A stretch of 64,000 nucleotides of DNA from Balanoglossus misakiensis (GCA_040954595.2 CM082578.2:1656831-1720830), one strand, 5' to 3'. Counted from the stretch's first letter, positions 36,130-50,300 are shown. Numbers and translations: made by a program. The notes: a model not told the origin generated them from the sequence alone.

Positions 36130-38609
36130 GGCCAAAAAACTAATATGTGCTATTCCGATTACATGGTTTTCAAAAATAGTGTAGGTAGAAAGGGACATTT
36201 TTTTATTTTTCAATTTTTTATATCTTTGGCCGTCGTAGTGTAGAAAAATGGCATCATAGTTCTTGCGTGATTCTCGCAATTTTCATGAATTGTTGTTTAT
36301 TTGACATCGTTATTTTTACTTCCGGTTTACGAAGATCTAAACTGTTTTGGGTCGGCGGGCTAAAATTAGGGTAGTTCGGGTAATCGTTATGACATTGGGA
36401 GCTACGGCTGCAAAGCCATGTGTCTCGTGCGAAAAGGGCCCTTAACCTTTTGCAATATTTAACAGCAAACAACAGACAGTTTTGAGAATAAAAAGTTTCC
36501 GTCTTGTCTGACGTTCATATGGCATTAATAGCATATCCCTAATTTTAAAGAAATTAGGAGAGACAGAGTGAAACAGGCAGAGTGGCAGACAGACACAGGC
36601 AGACAGACAGAGCGACAGTCATCAGTAGAGACACTCATCGGTCGCTCGCTCGCTCGCTCACTCTCTCTCTCTCAGAGAGAGGGGCAGACAGACAGACGTT
36701 GACAGACAGTCAGTAAGTCAGTCAGCCAGTTAATCAGTCAGTCAGACGTCAAAGACACAGTGACACAAATACAGCGAGGGAGACAACAGGACCTTTTATG
36801 CTTAAACCCCTGTTCTTCTGTTATAAACTTTGAAAACCGTTCGTTTTCAGACAGCAGATTGCTCGAATAACGCGACACACTGCCGAAACAATAAAACAAA
36901 TACTAGTGGGAGCTCATAAAAGAAAATCGCTCAACCATTCCGTCGTCCTGAGTGACCTCAGCCACATGAAAAAAGTCACAAGTAAGGTATTTCCCTTGGG
37001 TCCACCTGAAGCAAAAAGTTTTCGTTTCGACTCCATCATTCCGAATAGTAAAAAAGCAACAAAATTGAAAAGACAGATGTAAAATGCACTCTCTCTCACG
37101 TGGACGTTTGTAACCATGGCAATCATGGTACGTATACAGTACACAGACAGGGAGAAATATTTCTTCATGCATGTGTTCAGTAAGGTTTGACCTTGGTTTT
37201 ACTTTGTACCATGATGGCCGCTTTCTAAGCATGGATGAACGACGGCGGTCAGACCCAATCGAACCCTTTCATGTCAGCTGACCACGGTATCTCCACTGTG
37301 AGATGACATTTGACAAACCATTTGATTTCAACAAAATCTTTGCGTCGTCAACGCGTCGCATACCAGTCGCATATCGGTATTTACCCAATCATAAAAGTTG
37401 GAAATTCGGGAGACTCGATCTGCAACCAAGTTGAGAGTAAATTTTGACGTTTGACTATTGGCAAGTAAACAGGTTACACAATGACTTGTCGGTTTTTCCT
37501 CCGCCATGGTCGTTCTTGACCCAAGTGTCCTTCCTTGACATTTAGACACACCTTGCGGTATGACCTTGGTGGTCATATGCAATTAGTTTTCTTGTATAAG
37601 AAGCTTTTCGTGCCGGGGTAGACGACTTGTGCGTGGATCATCAACATTTCAGTGATATTTCAACGCAAAGTTTTAGCAATATTGAGAAAACAGGTAGTGA
37701 GGTGTCAAATGCATATCAATGTACGATAATTAGGTCAAGCCACCCGACAGCAACCGCTCTCACACAGTGTCGGACGTTGCACGGAAAGTGAAACGTTACA
37801 CTGCTTCGGCCGTTCACATACACCTGGGCGTGGTTTTGATTGATGGTCAAACGCCCCCATCGATCACTTCCGCTCAATCGCTTCTTTTCTTACTTTGGGC
37901 GTTTTCAATGGTAAATGTGTCGTATTGATCGAAACCTTGCCGTAAACACATTTTTTTGCTGAATCAACATTCAGAGTTCAGCCGTCTAGTTAACGAAGTA
38001 TTGAAATAAGCCACTTGTTCATCATTTTTTGTCTGTCAAACGTGTTTATTCGGACAGGGACCGGCCGCCAATGAGTGGTTTAGGGAGCCCACACGTACAC
38101 TCTGGTACCTGGACAATTAACATAGACATGTCGTGTGTACCGTCCGGTTCGAAAAGATTGGTTTAAGGTAGTCCTGGTAACAGTCATCCTAACGAGGCCA
38201 GGGGAGGTCTCCAAGGGCGAAATAAACATAGTTACTGACGATGAGTCGTGTTCGAATCGGACGATGCTTGTTCATAAAAAGCACAGACATAAAGCTTCGA
38301 CGTTTTTAGTCTGTGTAGTAAAGATACGACTAATCAGCCTATAGTGTAACCGTAGACCCTGGAGAAATACCAGAGCACAGCACAATGCAGCAAATGGAGT
38401 GAAACAAGAACAAAGCTTAGTCTCTGCCGCAAACAACGCTAAATCACATATTGACACTCCAAATAGAAGCAAGACAGCCGGGGGGGGGGGGCACAGTTGT
38501 AGATCGCGGTTTTGACTCGCCCCTTCCACATCCTGTAGATGTTAGTGCGTCCAAGACATTTTTGATAAAATATAGACTTTTGACCTTTGTTTTTAGCTCG
38601 AGTGTGGCC
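36130..38609. mobile_element. Possible degenerate DNA transposon region bounded by GGCCA ends
   Basis: tta|GGCCAAAA at the left and GTGTGGCC|taa at the right. The match is only 5-7 bp and may join two different elements. Contains a CAGA/GA low-complexity tract at 36555-36790. Confidence 0.3.
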
Positions 38610-39281
38610 TAAGTATATTACCGTTCCCACGAAAAATGTCTGCCTTCTTCAAAACGTTGTATTATACTTCTGTGTTATTCGAACTCTAATACAAGTGACA
38701 GTATCAGAGGACAGATTTGGCACAGACAAAATTCGTATAAACAAACCACAGAGAAAACGTCAAAATGGAGCGATTTATAAAATGATCAATTCCACGAGTT
38801 TGCAAATTAAAGTTAAAGATATACAGTTTCATTGGATGGATCACTATCCTAGAGCGGTCTGGAAGCATGGGTGGATTTTTACCTGGTGTCTGTTTACCTG
38901 GTAAAAATAGGTTATTGTTCTCCCCTGCTTTTCATAGCGGATTTTTTAACACGTCTCCTCGAGATCAAACATTAATGAGCGATTAAAAGCGCTTCGTATA
39001 CTTTTTGTGGGTCGAGTTGTGTTTTTCGTTTTATTTGGTCATTAATTCGATCAGAATGTTTATTGTTGTATTGTAAAAAGCTTGGATTTTATGTTTCAGT
39101 TATGCAGAGTGCTTAAGTATGCTCGACTTGCGTGGCAATTCTGCAAAGATATTTGGAGCATTCTTTGGAATTTAATTGATTTGGACATGAGTTTGTTGTT
39201 TGGTTGGTCATGGAACAACACGTGGCATTGTCTGCATGGCATTCTTTAGGGTGTTCCAATTCTGTAAATGACATGAGGTGG

Positions 39282-39429
39282 TTAAAGGTATACACTTACA
39301 TAGGCCCATATATGGCTGAGATGAGAAAATATGGCGGCGCTCTTTTTTCGCGTGTGCCACCCACTGAAAATCTGTGATTGGCTAGATCTCAATTTGCCAT
39401 GGTAACTATAGGTGACCGTATACCTTTAA
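39282..39429. mobile_element. Short MITE with TTAA TSD
   Basis: TTAA|AGGTATAC...GTATACCT|TTAA. Confidence 0.7.
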
Positions 39430-39448
39430 TTGCCTGTTGGTACTATTA

Positions 39449-40083
39449 GGGACCGTTCAGTTTTTACGGCCGGGGGGGGGGGCGGCAAGTTTGTGTCATC
39501 GGTTTTCAAAATCAGGCTGACCCCCCCTTCACCCAGGAGCAAAACATGATGAAGTTGCATTTTAATGAACTCAAAAGCATATTATCTCAATGTTTGGGAG
39601 GACCAATTTACTTTGTGCCACTCCACTCAAAGTTAGAAGATTTGGCGTCATCTTCGTGATGACATCATTTATAAAACTTCTAGTATATAGAAGATGCGGC
39701 GCGAAACTATCAGTTATGTGAAATGGTTTAAACTATTTTTCTCCTTTATGTATTTACTTTGTTAAATATTATCATCGGTTGGTTTGGGGTGGCAAGAAGT
39801 CTGCTCTGGTATACTAGACAAACCAGCCCAAAATGAAATGTGGCGGAGAATGAAGGGGGTGCGCGTGGGAGAGGGTGTCCCTCTCCCACATTAGAAAATT
39901 TTGTAAAATAAAGGGCGCGAAACTGCAATTTTGTGGACTCAAAAGCAAATGTTCGGTGGCAAAAGTATGTGACACCCCCCTAAACGTTTAAAAAAAACAG
40001 ATGACCCCCCTTTTGAACTTCAAAATGTAAGTGACCCCCCCCCCCTGGATTTTGCCGGCCCCCCGTAAAACCTGAACGGTCCC
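39449..40083. mobile_element. Tourist/Harbinger-like MITE
   Basis: TIRs GGGACCGTTCAGTTTTTTACGG / CCGTAAAACCTGAACGGTCCC with TTA/TAA flanks. Shares an internal block with the 46556 and 52180 MITEs. Confidence 0.75.
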
Positions 40084-42492
40084 TAAACAGCACTCCTCCC
40101 GTGTCTAGTGAAACATCATTTTTGGGTATCTGGATTTCGTGTTCATTATTGCGTGACTGATACGGCGGGTATCGATTGGAATAGGCCCTATCGTTAAAAT
40201 AGAAGTTCATTCTTGTCGGGCGACCCAGGAAGGCATAAGCTTGACGTGCCTAAACTTTGTCGGACATTGTCCGACCATCACGGCTGCAAATTGGTTCAAG
40301 TTCGGTGTAGCCTGCTCCAATAGAAATGGCGAAATTATTAAGTATAAGGTAACAACCCGAATGTGCCACTTTTTCAATCACAACATCCCTATAAAACCAC
40401 AGTAAGTGATAAAACAAAAACTTAGGTCGACTTTTCATCAGCTGGAAAAACACACAACTATTAAAATGGGTAGAAAATATAGGAAATGTCCTTATGCGTA
40501 TGAAAAGCAAAGAATGAGACAGGGTCAATGAAGCCAAACTCGTGTCTTCGTGCACACGAAGACGCCCGAGCCGTTCATCATCATGGTATTCCTCTGGGAA
40601 TCTCTTGGCAACTGCATCGCGTGTACCGAGTCAGAACATGTAAATACTGACTTCTGCCATAGACGTACCAGGTGCTTCGACGAGTTAGCCTTTGGCATTG
40701 TGGTTTTTGGCTTTTCTAGTGAAGCCGAAGGCCAAAACCAAGGACCGTGACTAAACTGAAAAGCCCCCCCCCCCCCAATCCCCCCGCCCTCTCCAGTTTT
40801 TGTAGTAGAAATGTTCTTCATGCCTATCCCAATTCCTGATTCCCGAATAGTAGAACTCTCGCGAGAGTTCATATCTGAGCATGCGCAATGGCCTTAGCAA
40901 CTGCGCAAGGTCAGATAGTATGTGCGCGCGTCAGAGAGAACCTGCCTTCCTACCATGTGAGCAGAGCTGTGGTGGATCCCAGGGGAGGCAGATCACATGT
41001 GCATTCGTAGTCTGCGCGTTCGCACTATTTCATGCAAAATACAGCCTCCAGTTCTTAAAATTACTACACGGAAATGTTATTTCGTTGTGTCTAAAGAATT
41101 TAAAAACCATTATTTGCGGAAATTTCACAGTTAGTGCAAGAGAGAGTGACAGATAGTCACGTAGTTCCGCATTCCAACGCCTGCACTCTTCTTTCGACGT
41201 TCGCACTATGCTAACGTCTTATTTACTGTAACATACGACGTGCAGATGTGAAATTACTTCATGAAAATCGATCTGGGTAAATATAGCCTAGATTTCAAAA
41301 ATATCATTGTGAATGTGATGCACATTAAACGTCGGAAAAACGCGCGATCTTTCTCAATTTGGGGCACCTATGGAGGCATACTGGATCGGGAAATTGACTC
41401 GAAATACTATAGTATACTGTATAAAGTAGCATTCAGTTTACTGCGTTCTTTACACGATTTATCATGACAAGACAGTTGGTCCATCGTATCAGTGGTATAC
41501 GATGTCCGAAGTGAGCGACCGACCGCAAGGTAGGACAAACGATTGCGTAAGATATCGAACAATGGCGTTGACGTCAGGAAAAAAGTCGGTCGCTGAATTG
41601 AAAAAATATTTGAGGGATCGGGGGGTAAACGCGTACAAATACAGGAAGCACGAGTTAGAAGAACTGTGCAAGACGGCATCTGAGAGACGGCTACCACTTG
41701 AAAGAGAAGAATTTTGTCGGGAGAGCGATTTGAAAAGGAGAAGGTTTGTAGTTTTTCTTTTTTGTGTGTTAAAATTTGTCGTCAACTTTTGCCTTTGGCC
41801 AGTTATAATAAAAATTATTTTTTTTTTTACAAGATTTCAAATTTATCATTTTAAGAAGTTGTAGAATTTATATTTGGGGGTTTAATTCACTGAAATGTCC
41901 CTTAAGTGAAGGTTTTACGACGAAAATCTAGCACATTTTAATCGATGTTTGACAAAAAATCGCGCCCTGGGGCGCAATGCTTTGTTCTTATGTGTGTTCG
42001 AAGACAAGCGCTGACGCGTCGATTCGATTTTCTGTGACACGCGTTGATTTCTCAAGGTTGCCCGATTACTCCGTTTTATTCACACGTCTCGGGGAGGAAA
42101 GTGCAGATAATATTACAAAAATATTCCCTTTACAGTATCCACAATATCGTTTTTGCCATTCCAGTTTCCTAGTGTAAACCAGGTCCCGGAACAGTAGGGC
42201 CGCGGCAAAATTTTCACCTCCCTCCCTTGATCACTTCGACACTTTTTATTGAAGGTCTAGGCCCTAATTACTTTTTATTGTGACACTGATTATGCAATGA
42301 AAATTATACAAACAGTTTTGATTCTTATTTGTGAGATTTTTTTATCAGTTTAGGACTGATAAAATGCATTTGGGGTTTCTCTGCGTAATGACTGTTGTCT
42401 GAGCTCCTGCTGGTCAAACGGTCACAGCAAATCGAACGGACGAGAACAGTCGTTGAGTGTTACTGCGCTTGAACGAGTTTTCGCTTCCTGTC

Positions 42493-45198
42493 TAGCCACG
42501 GGCGTCATGGAACAATAAAGTGTATAGATATTAATAAACTTAGCATAAACGCGACGTCCTCAACGAACAAAGAATACGATATTTCGTGGGTTTGTTTGGT
42601 GTGGACGAGAACGGCAATAAAGCTGGGTCAGTGTTAACTTTATGTGCAAAACCACACCGTACGCGTACCTCTATAGGGGATAGGCGATGTCTACGCATGC
42701 GTGCGCGCCCGCAACTGATCTGCTCTACGTGAGTACACATATATACAGGGTATGAAACGAATTTTCAGCCCACCGCCATTTGGCAACTATTACGAAGAAG
42801 ATCGTTACCAAACCAGAGTATGCGTTTTAGATTAGATAGAAACCTAATGTCTGGCTTTTCAATTTTCAAAAGTCGGTCGAACATTCGAGATATTATCGAT
42901 CGAAAAGTGTCACTCGTCCTGGGGACGTGCGTTACCGACGTAAAATGGCTTTTGGGCGATGTCGCAAATTTCTCTCTGAAAGGTATACATAGGACATACT
43001 GTTTCATGAAAAAAAATCATAGCAAATATAACAGTGATGCACATAAACAACGTCCACCATGACTGGGAGGAGCTGAGCTGAGCTCACGCATAGTTTCATA
43101 CACATGATATAAAACCCGGCGATCGAACACGGCACTTCCGGTCACCAGATTCGCAATGGTTTTGTATACGGATTTGTTGTATTTTTCACGTTTTCCGTTT
43201 TTTATTCATGATTAATCCAACACTTTTCAAGACACATTCTAAGCAAAAATGAAAATTATTGACTACACTTCGATGGCACTCTCTGCTCCGTAGAACAAAG
43301 TGTCCCCCCTGTCCCCCCTTTTTGGTAACGCACGTCGCCAGACTCCATGAGAGCGATTGCATACCCTTCCTTACATCAGTACATACACTGTATACGAACG
43401 CGTCTGTCCACGGGCGTCATGGAACAATGAAGTGTATGGGATAAATAATAAACTCGATCAACGAACACACAAGAAAATATTTCGTTTTTGGGTTGTTGTT
43501 TTTTTGTGTGAACGAGAACTGCACTCACGAACGGCCTACCGGCTTCTCTGTCACGTTTTCAACAGCAGAATATCCACCTTTCCAATGACCAAACGCATGA
43601 TATGCGAACGAACGCACCAGCGCGGAACGCGGAATTAAAGTGCACAGTGCTTCAGGTGTATGACGTCATTTTAGTCATAACTGAACGCTGATGGCGCAAT
43701 CTTCAACCGCGCGCGCTCACGCGCCCGGGCCAGCAGACGACAGTTTCTGTCCGCCTCCGTTGCTAGCCAGGACAGACGCGCTCGTATACAGTGTATGTAA
43801 GGAAGGGTATGCAATCGCTCACATGGAGTCTGGGGACGTGCGTTACCAAAAAGGGGGGACAGGGGGGACACTTTGTTCTACGGAGCAGAGTGCCATCGAA
43901 GTGTAGTCAATAATTTTCATTTTTGCTTAGAATGTGTCTTGAAAAGTGTTGGATTAATCATGAATAAAAAACAGAAAACGTGAAAAATACAACAAATCCG
44001 CATACAAAACCGGAAACCATTGCGAATCTGGTGACCGGAAGTGCCGTGTTCGATCGCCGGGTTTTATATCATGTGTATGAAACTATGCGTGAGCTCAACT
44101 CAGCTCCTCCCAGTCATGGTGGACGTTGTTCATGTGCATCACTGTTATATTTGCTATGATTATTTTGCATGAAAACAGTATGTCCTATGTATACCTTGTA
44201 GAGCGAAATTTGCGACATCGCCCAAACGCCATTTTACGTCGGTAACGCACGTCCCCAGGACGAGTGACACTTTTCGATCGATAATATCTCGAATGTTCGA
44301 CCGACTTTTGAAACATGAATAGCCAGACATTAGGTTTCTCTGTCATCTAAAACGCATACTCTGATTTGGTAGCGATTCTCTTCGTAATAGTTGCCAAATG
44401 GCGGTGGGCTGAAAATTCGTTTCATACCCTGTATATATTAGTCTCGGTTACCCAGACGCCTTTGCTTCTTCCGATGCTCTCCAGAAAAAGGGTCTGGGGA
44501 AATGCTATTGAAAGCTTTGTAAAACAAAATGGCCGATGTCAGGATTTTGATCATCGCCTGATTGGCTGAGCTGTCAGTATGACCCGGGTCACTGACTCTC
44601 GACAATGTGTGATTATTTGTCGTATCTTCATATCAAGAGACCGGTACTTGTTGGTTGATGCGAAAGGCAAAATGCGTCCTCTGTTAGCATTGTTGGAGAA
44701 ATTATATGAAATATCTTTGGTAGACGATTGTCGAAACTATTGCAATGACCCGGGTCATACTGACAGCTCAGCCAATCAGGCGATGATCAAAATCCTGACA
44801 TCGGCCATTTTGTTTTACAAAGCTTTCAATAGCATTTCCCCAGACCCTTTTTCTGGAGAGCATCGGAAGAAGCAAAGGCGTCTGGGTAACCGAGACTATG
44901 TATATATGTGTACTCACGTACTCGTACACAGCAACGAAGTCGCCGGCGCGCACGCATGCGTACATTAGGTAGAACAAAAACAGCTCAACATGATCGCGAT
45001 GCGATGTCGTACAACTGTACAAACAGGGCATAGACGGGTACGCGTACGGTGTGGATTTGTTAACTGACCCAGCTTTATTGCAGTTCTCGTTCACACACAA
45101 AAAAACCGAAATGTTTATTGTGTATTCGTTGAGGGCGCCGCGTTTATGTTAAGTTTATCATTATCCATACACTTTATTGTTCCATGACGCCCGTGGTT
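42493..45198. mobile_element. ~2.7-kb long-inverted-repeat (foldback) element in intron 1 of the YqaJ gene
   Basis: Left arm ~42493-43407 pairs with 43770-44438 plus 44899-45198. Ends CCACGGGCGTCATGGAACAATAAAGTGTAT and its reverse complement. Confidence 0.85.
44439..44898. mobile_element. Palindromic MITE with 9-bp TSD (Mutator-like by TSD length)
   Basis: TAGTCTCGGTTACCCAGACGCC...GGCGTCTGGGTAACCGAGACTA with ~150-bp near-perfect arms; TSD TGTATATAT at 44430-44438 and 44899-44907. Confidence 0.85.
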
Positions 45199-45958
45199 AG
45201 ACTTGCTCCAAGTCTAAGGGCATCATTATTTTATAATAAATACATTTTTAAAAACTTATTCCGAATTTCTCTATGTACCGTGTGTGGAGTAGACGTCAGC
45301 GTGTATGGGCGCGTATGTATGTATAGGGATTGTGTTGGTCGACGCTACCTGAAACCACAAGCTCAGTCGCAAATTCGAAACTCGCCTCACTACCAAAAAC
45401 ACGCCAAAGGCAAGCATGCACGCAAAAAATATTGAAATTATTTATTAAGACAAAAAAACACCGAAAACACAAAAAGTATTGAGATTTAAAAATCACCAAG
45501 CGACTAGTGGCTAGTCTAGCCCGTGGTCTGTCCTGGCTAGCAACGGAGTCGTACGATCGTCTGCCGCGCGCGCTGGGCCGGGCGCGTGCGCGCGTGTGGT
45601 TGTAGATTGCTCCATCACTTCCGCGGAACGCGGCGCTAGTGCGTTCGCTCGCATATTTTGCAAGTCCGGCGCTAGTGCGTTCGCTCGCATATTTTGCAAG
45701 TCCAGCTGTAGCTAGGCCGTTCGTGAGTAATTTACTAGTATTGTGTGTTCGTTTAGGCCTATGCTAAATTATCCATACACTTTATTGTTCCATGACGCCC
45801 GTGGTCTAGCTAGCCCCACACCCTCTAGCGAATGAAGTAAATAAACATCATGAAAGAGATAGTGTTGGTCCCCCCCCCCCCCCCACGCATTAGTACATAC
45901 AAGGTAGCGAATTTTTGTGTTACATGTATCAGCAAAAAGCCCTACTTGTTGTCATCTA

Positions 45959-46142
45959 AATGGTTTCTGCGTGCATAAATTATAGAGCTGACATCAATGG
46001 TTTCTGCTTGCATAAATTATAGAGCTGACATCAATGGTTTCTGCGTGCATAAATTATAGAGCTGACATCAATGGTTTCTGCGTGCATAAATTATAGAGCT
46101 GACATTAATGGTTTCTGCGTGCATAAATTATAGAGCTGACAC
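45959..46142. repeat. 37-bp minisatellite, 5 copies
   Basis: AATGGTTTCTGCGTGCATAAATTATAGAGCTGACATC head to tail, with no spacers. Confidence 0.93.
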
Positions 46143-46555
46143 GTGCCCAATCCAGTTTGTGGTTCGGGTTACCGCACGTACGTAGGCCTACATCACTGTA
46201 CGATACTGCTACAGCATGTAAAGCGCCTACAGATCGAAGTCCTAGCCTCGCCCGTTCTGTTTTCTTTCAATGTTTTTTTTTTTTTTTGCGTGCATGTCAC
46301 ACAAAAGTTACATAATCTTTGTGTGCATGCATCACAGTTTTACAAGAAGCTTACAATTAAACGATGGTCAATAAATATTAGCTCATGATATTTTTATCTG
46401 ACTGTATTTTCATTTTGGATGTACAGAACTACCTCTGATGCGAGATTGCTGGTTAACCCTGTCAGTGTAAAGGAATGGACAGATGATCTGAACCTTTTAC
46501 CAGATGTTGAACTTCCAAGGGTTATTATGTTTTTATTTTCCAATGGGTGGTCTAA

Positions 46556-47349
46556 GGTTGCATTCACAAACACCTCTGGAGGGGGGGGGGCAGGAGAATT
46601 GAGGGGGGGGGGATTTGAAAAAATTGAGGGTATGTGAGGGGGGGGATTTGAAATAATTTAGGGACTGAAAGGGGGGGACTTTAACGACTAAATATTTATT
46701 TTGAGTCCACAAAAATGCAGTTTCGCGCCCTTTATTTTACAAAATTTTCTCATGTGGGAGGGGGACACCCCCTCCCACACCCACCCCCTCCATTCATCAA
46801 CACCTTTCAATCATTGACTGGTTTATCTAGTGTCCCAGGTCAGGGGACTTGCCCCACCCCATGATAACTTTGAGCGCCGACGGTTAAATTTGTCCTCCCC
46901 AACATACCTGTAGTTGAGTTAATTTGCTTTTGCCGGGTTCATTAAAATGCAGCTTTGAGCTCTGTATTTAAGAAAATTTTCTTACGTGGGAGGGGGACAC
47001 CCCCTCCCAAACCCACCCCCTTCAATTCTCGGTTTACAAAGTCTCCAAACACAGAATACAAATATATGTACTTAAAAAATAAAAACAATGTTCAGTTTTA
47101 ATACCCACTGATGAGGGGAAACATCAGTTTCAAATTCTTTTCATGGGAGCGCTGTTTTTCTTTTTACAAGATAGATAGGTGATGTGTTTTGCTCTGTGAA
47201 AGACAATGGGGGGGGATTTCAAAATTTTGGCAGTTCGGAAGGGGGGATTTGAAAATATTGGCAGTTCGGAAGGGGGGCATGTGAAAATTAGCGGTAAAAA
47301 AAATTGAATTCTCCCGCCCCCCCCTCCAGAGGTGTTTGTGAATGCAGCC
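46556..47349 (+). mobile_element. Tourist/Harbinger-like MITE, TAA TSD, inside YqaJ-gene exon 2
   Basis: TAA|GGTTGCATTCACAAACACCTCTGGAGG...CCTCCAGAGGTGTTTGTGAATGCAGCC|TAA. Removal restores W-S-K-S-M in frame. Confidence 0.9.
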
Positions 47350-50300
47350 TAAGTCAATGATCAATAATTACAAATTATCAGATGGATGGAAACTACATAA
47401 TGATGGCCATGTCAATAAAGTAAGTTTCTACTTGTATCTTGTTTTCCCATTTTTGCTTGAATCTCAGAATGTATATAGAAAAATAGTTTGAGTACAGTTT
47501 GCTTTACATGTAAATGCTTGTACACTATAGTTGTAGTGAATCTCCTGTGTGGGCTCATTGGCTTTGAGTCCCCTTGTGCACACATCAAGCAATGATGATA
47601 GCCTGACGAATTCTTTGCTTCATATGATCATTGATGTGTAGGAATAATGTAGAACATTATATATGGGTTAACCCACATTGCTAGCGCTGCAAGTTCTTAT
47701 ATGCATTGCATCATAATTTGACCAACTTTTTTTTCCTTCTTGACAACTTCACTTGTGTTAGGTACAAATGTACAAGATCGATGACAGATTTATATATGTA
47801 AGAGGAGTGTGTGTCAGAGAAACTGAACAACAAGCTCTGTACAAGTTATGGGTGATTTTAGAGGAAGCAAATATCATGTCGTCATCTTGTGAATGCCCTG
47901 CGTAAGTAGCAACTAAATACAATTTCACACATTTATAACCAAAGTACGAATATGATGCATCCCGGTAATCATTTTTTTTTCAAACTTACTATCAGGCAAT
48001 ATCATTTTATAGACAGTTAGCTGAATCAATTCATTGATGAAAACTGCATTTCTTGTCACAGGGATGACCAGGCGTGCAAACATGTTGCCGCCATGTTGTT
48101 TGGCTTATGGTCGTTTGGCGAGCGACACCAGGACAGAAACACTGTGGTTGGGACTGATGTCCAGTGTCAATGGGACCGCCCCAAAAAGTCTGTGGTACCA
48201 CAGCTCCTGGACGACATCGATGTTAGAAAAAAGAGGAGCTCTCAACTGACACAACCAACAGTTAGCATGTACAAGCCTGCAACAATGCCAGATGACCTTG
48301 AAAAAAGGTAAGAATTAGGACCATGTAGCACCACGCCAGTCATATGAGCCTGGCATGAGTAGTTGTTACACATATGGTTTACATTGCATGGCCTGTATTT
48401 CCCATGATGCCCGGCGATGATCAAGCCTCGCTTCTGTAGTTTTGCTGACTCGTGTTGTGCATGCATTAAAGTTGTTCTTTGAGTCAACCTGTTGTGTACT
48501 TCACTGATGGACCCGGCACCACAGACAACATATTTATATTTTGTTTCAGATGGAAACGTGTGTGTGACAGAGATTCACTTGCCAGCCGCTACTTGTCAGA
48601 CAGTGACTCTGAAAGTGATGACGCTCATTTACCAACATTTACAGAAATTTGCAGGAAACATAAATTAAATGGGGGGATTGAATCACTTGCGACAGAATAT
48701 ACCCAGGATCTATGTAATTTAATTGAGGAAAGCACCAGGGGTCAAGCAACCAATCAAGGGTGGGTTAATCAGAGGGTTGAGAGAATTACCGCCAGTTTAG
48801 CTTATAAAATTGTTCATGTTAAAAATCAATCATCCAATCATTCAATTCTTAAATCCATTCTTAATTGTAATCACTTCTCAGGAAATTTTCACACTGAATA
48901 TGGCATAGAAAAAGAAAATGTTGCTAGAAGTTTATATTTTATAGAAAATGAAAAAACGCATAAAAATTTTAAAATATGGGAAACAGGGTTATTTGTTGAC
49001 CCAGGTCAACCACATTTTGGGGCAAGCCCAGATGGCATGGTTGAATGTCAGTGTCATGGGAGGGGGGTAATAGAAATTAAATGCCCAAGCACTGGTGCCG
49101 AGTGTGATTTACAAGAATACGTGAAACTGAAAAATAATGTCAGCATGGACCAAAACAAAAATATTCATCTCGAATCTGGTCCATGGCTGACCCAAATTCA
49201 AATGCAGATGGCAATAGCCAGGGTGGAATACTGTGATTTTGTTTTGTATTTAGGAAAACATCCATATGTTCATGTAGAGAGAATATACCATGATAAAGAA
49301 TTCTGGGATTTGTTAAGCACCAGATTGACAGATATATTCCTTTCTTGGGTGTTTCCAAACATTTAAAGAGAAATTTGTTGCCACTGTAAATTTTTGAGTG
49401 TTGTGTTTTGAATCCGGTAATAAATAACAGTTTTACCCCACATGAATTATAACATTCATTTCTCTGAGTGGTTTCTGGGGAAAAAGACAGCAATACAATC
49501 TTTTCCATGAGAAAATTTATTTTAGGGGACAATTATGCTGTAAATAAAAAAAAAGAAAAAGCGCAAAACAATAATTTTCTTGATATATTATATTTATTTG
49601 CATTTCTGTCATTTTGTTGCACCAGAATTGCGAATGTTAATTCTTCACAAGTGGTTCATAAAGATTGCACAGTGCTGCTGCAACTATCAACATCTGATTG
49701 GTAACAGGTTTTAAAGACAATGGTATGATTTGAGATAAAAGGGAAAATTTTTTTATTCTTTCAATGGCTCTCTCAACATGGATTCTCAATCTGGCAATAT
49801 CACGAGTTTTCACAATTTCTTTCAAACTAAGATGTTTACCCTTTCCCCATGAACATTTGCGTGTGAACGGTGGAATTGCAAGATCTGCATGCCTTTTCAA
49901 ACATAAATCCCTTATCAAAAAACCCCTATCAGCCATGACCAAGTCCCCCCTTTCAAGCAAATCAATTATACCACATTCCTTAGTAATGTGTCGATCAGAT
50001 GCATTCCCACCCCACAACTTTGAAACAAAACTGATGAACCCATCTGGTGTTATACCTATAAGAGCTTTACATGTATTTCGTGATTTGTAATTAGAGTATG
50101 TTATATATTGTGCTTTGGGCATTGATGGTTTTTGTATATAAAATTCTGTGCAAACAATGATTACTCTGGTTGTTCTATACTTTGACTTAAAACTACGAGG
50201 CAAGTTTTTCGACACACGTCTCCTGGATGGCCATTTCAGAAGAGGAGACATAGCTGACGACAATACATTAATCCATGTTATGAACACCTGGGACACTCGA

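Larger units (their letters stand above)
41562..49366 (+). pseudogene. SAP-like / SWIM zinc finger / YqaJ (lambda exonuclease-fold) gene, 5 exons, exon 2 split by a MITE
   Basis: Exons 41562-41743, 46427-46555+47353-47419, 47762-47901, 48062-48307 and 48550-49366 splice in phase (~526 aa). Motifs VAELKKYLRDRG, CECPADDQACKH, ITAS, GASPDG, IEIKCP, QIQMQM. Confidence 0.88.

Noticed and set aside
36903-37582. Minus-strand ORF pieces as a transposase remnant
   Set aside because: No motif I can confidently assign; a tBLASTx search is needed.
45959-46142. 37-bp repeat as a CRISPR repeat
   Set aside because: Head-to-tail copies with no spacers; a minisatellite.
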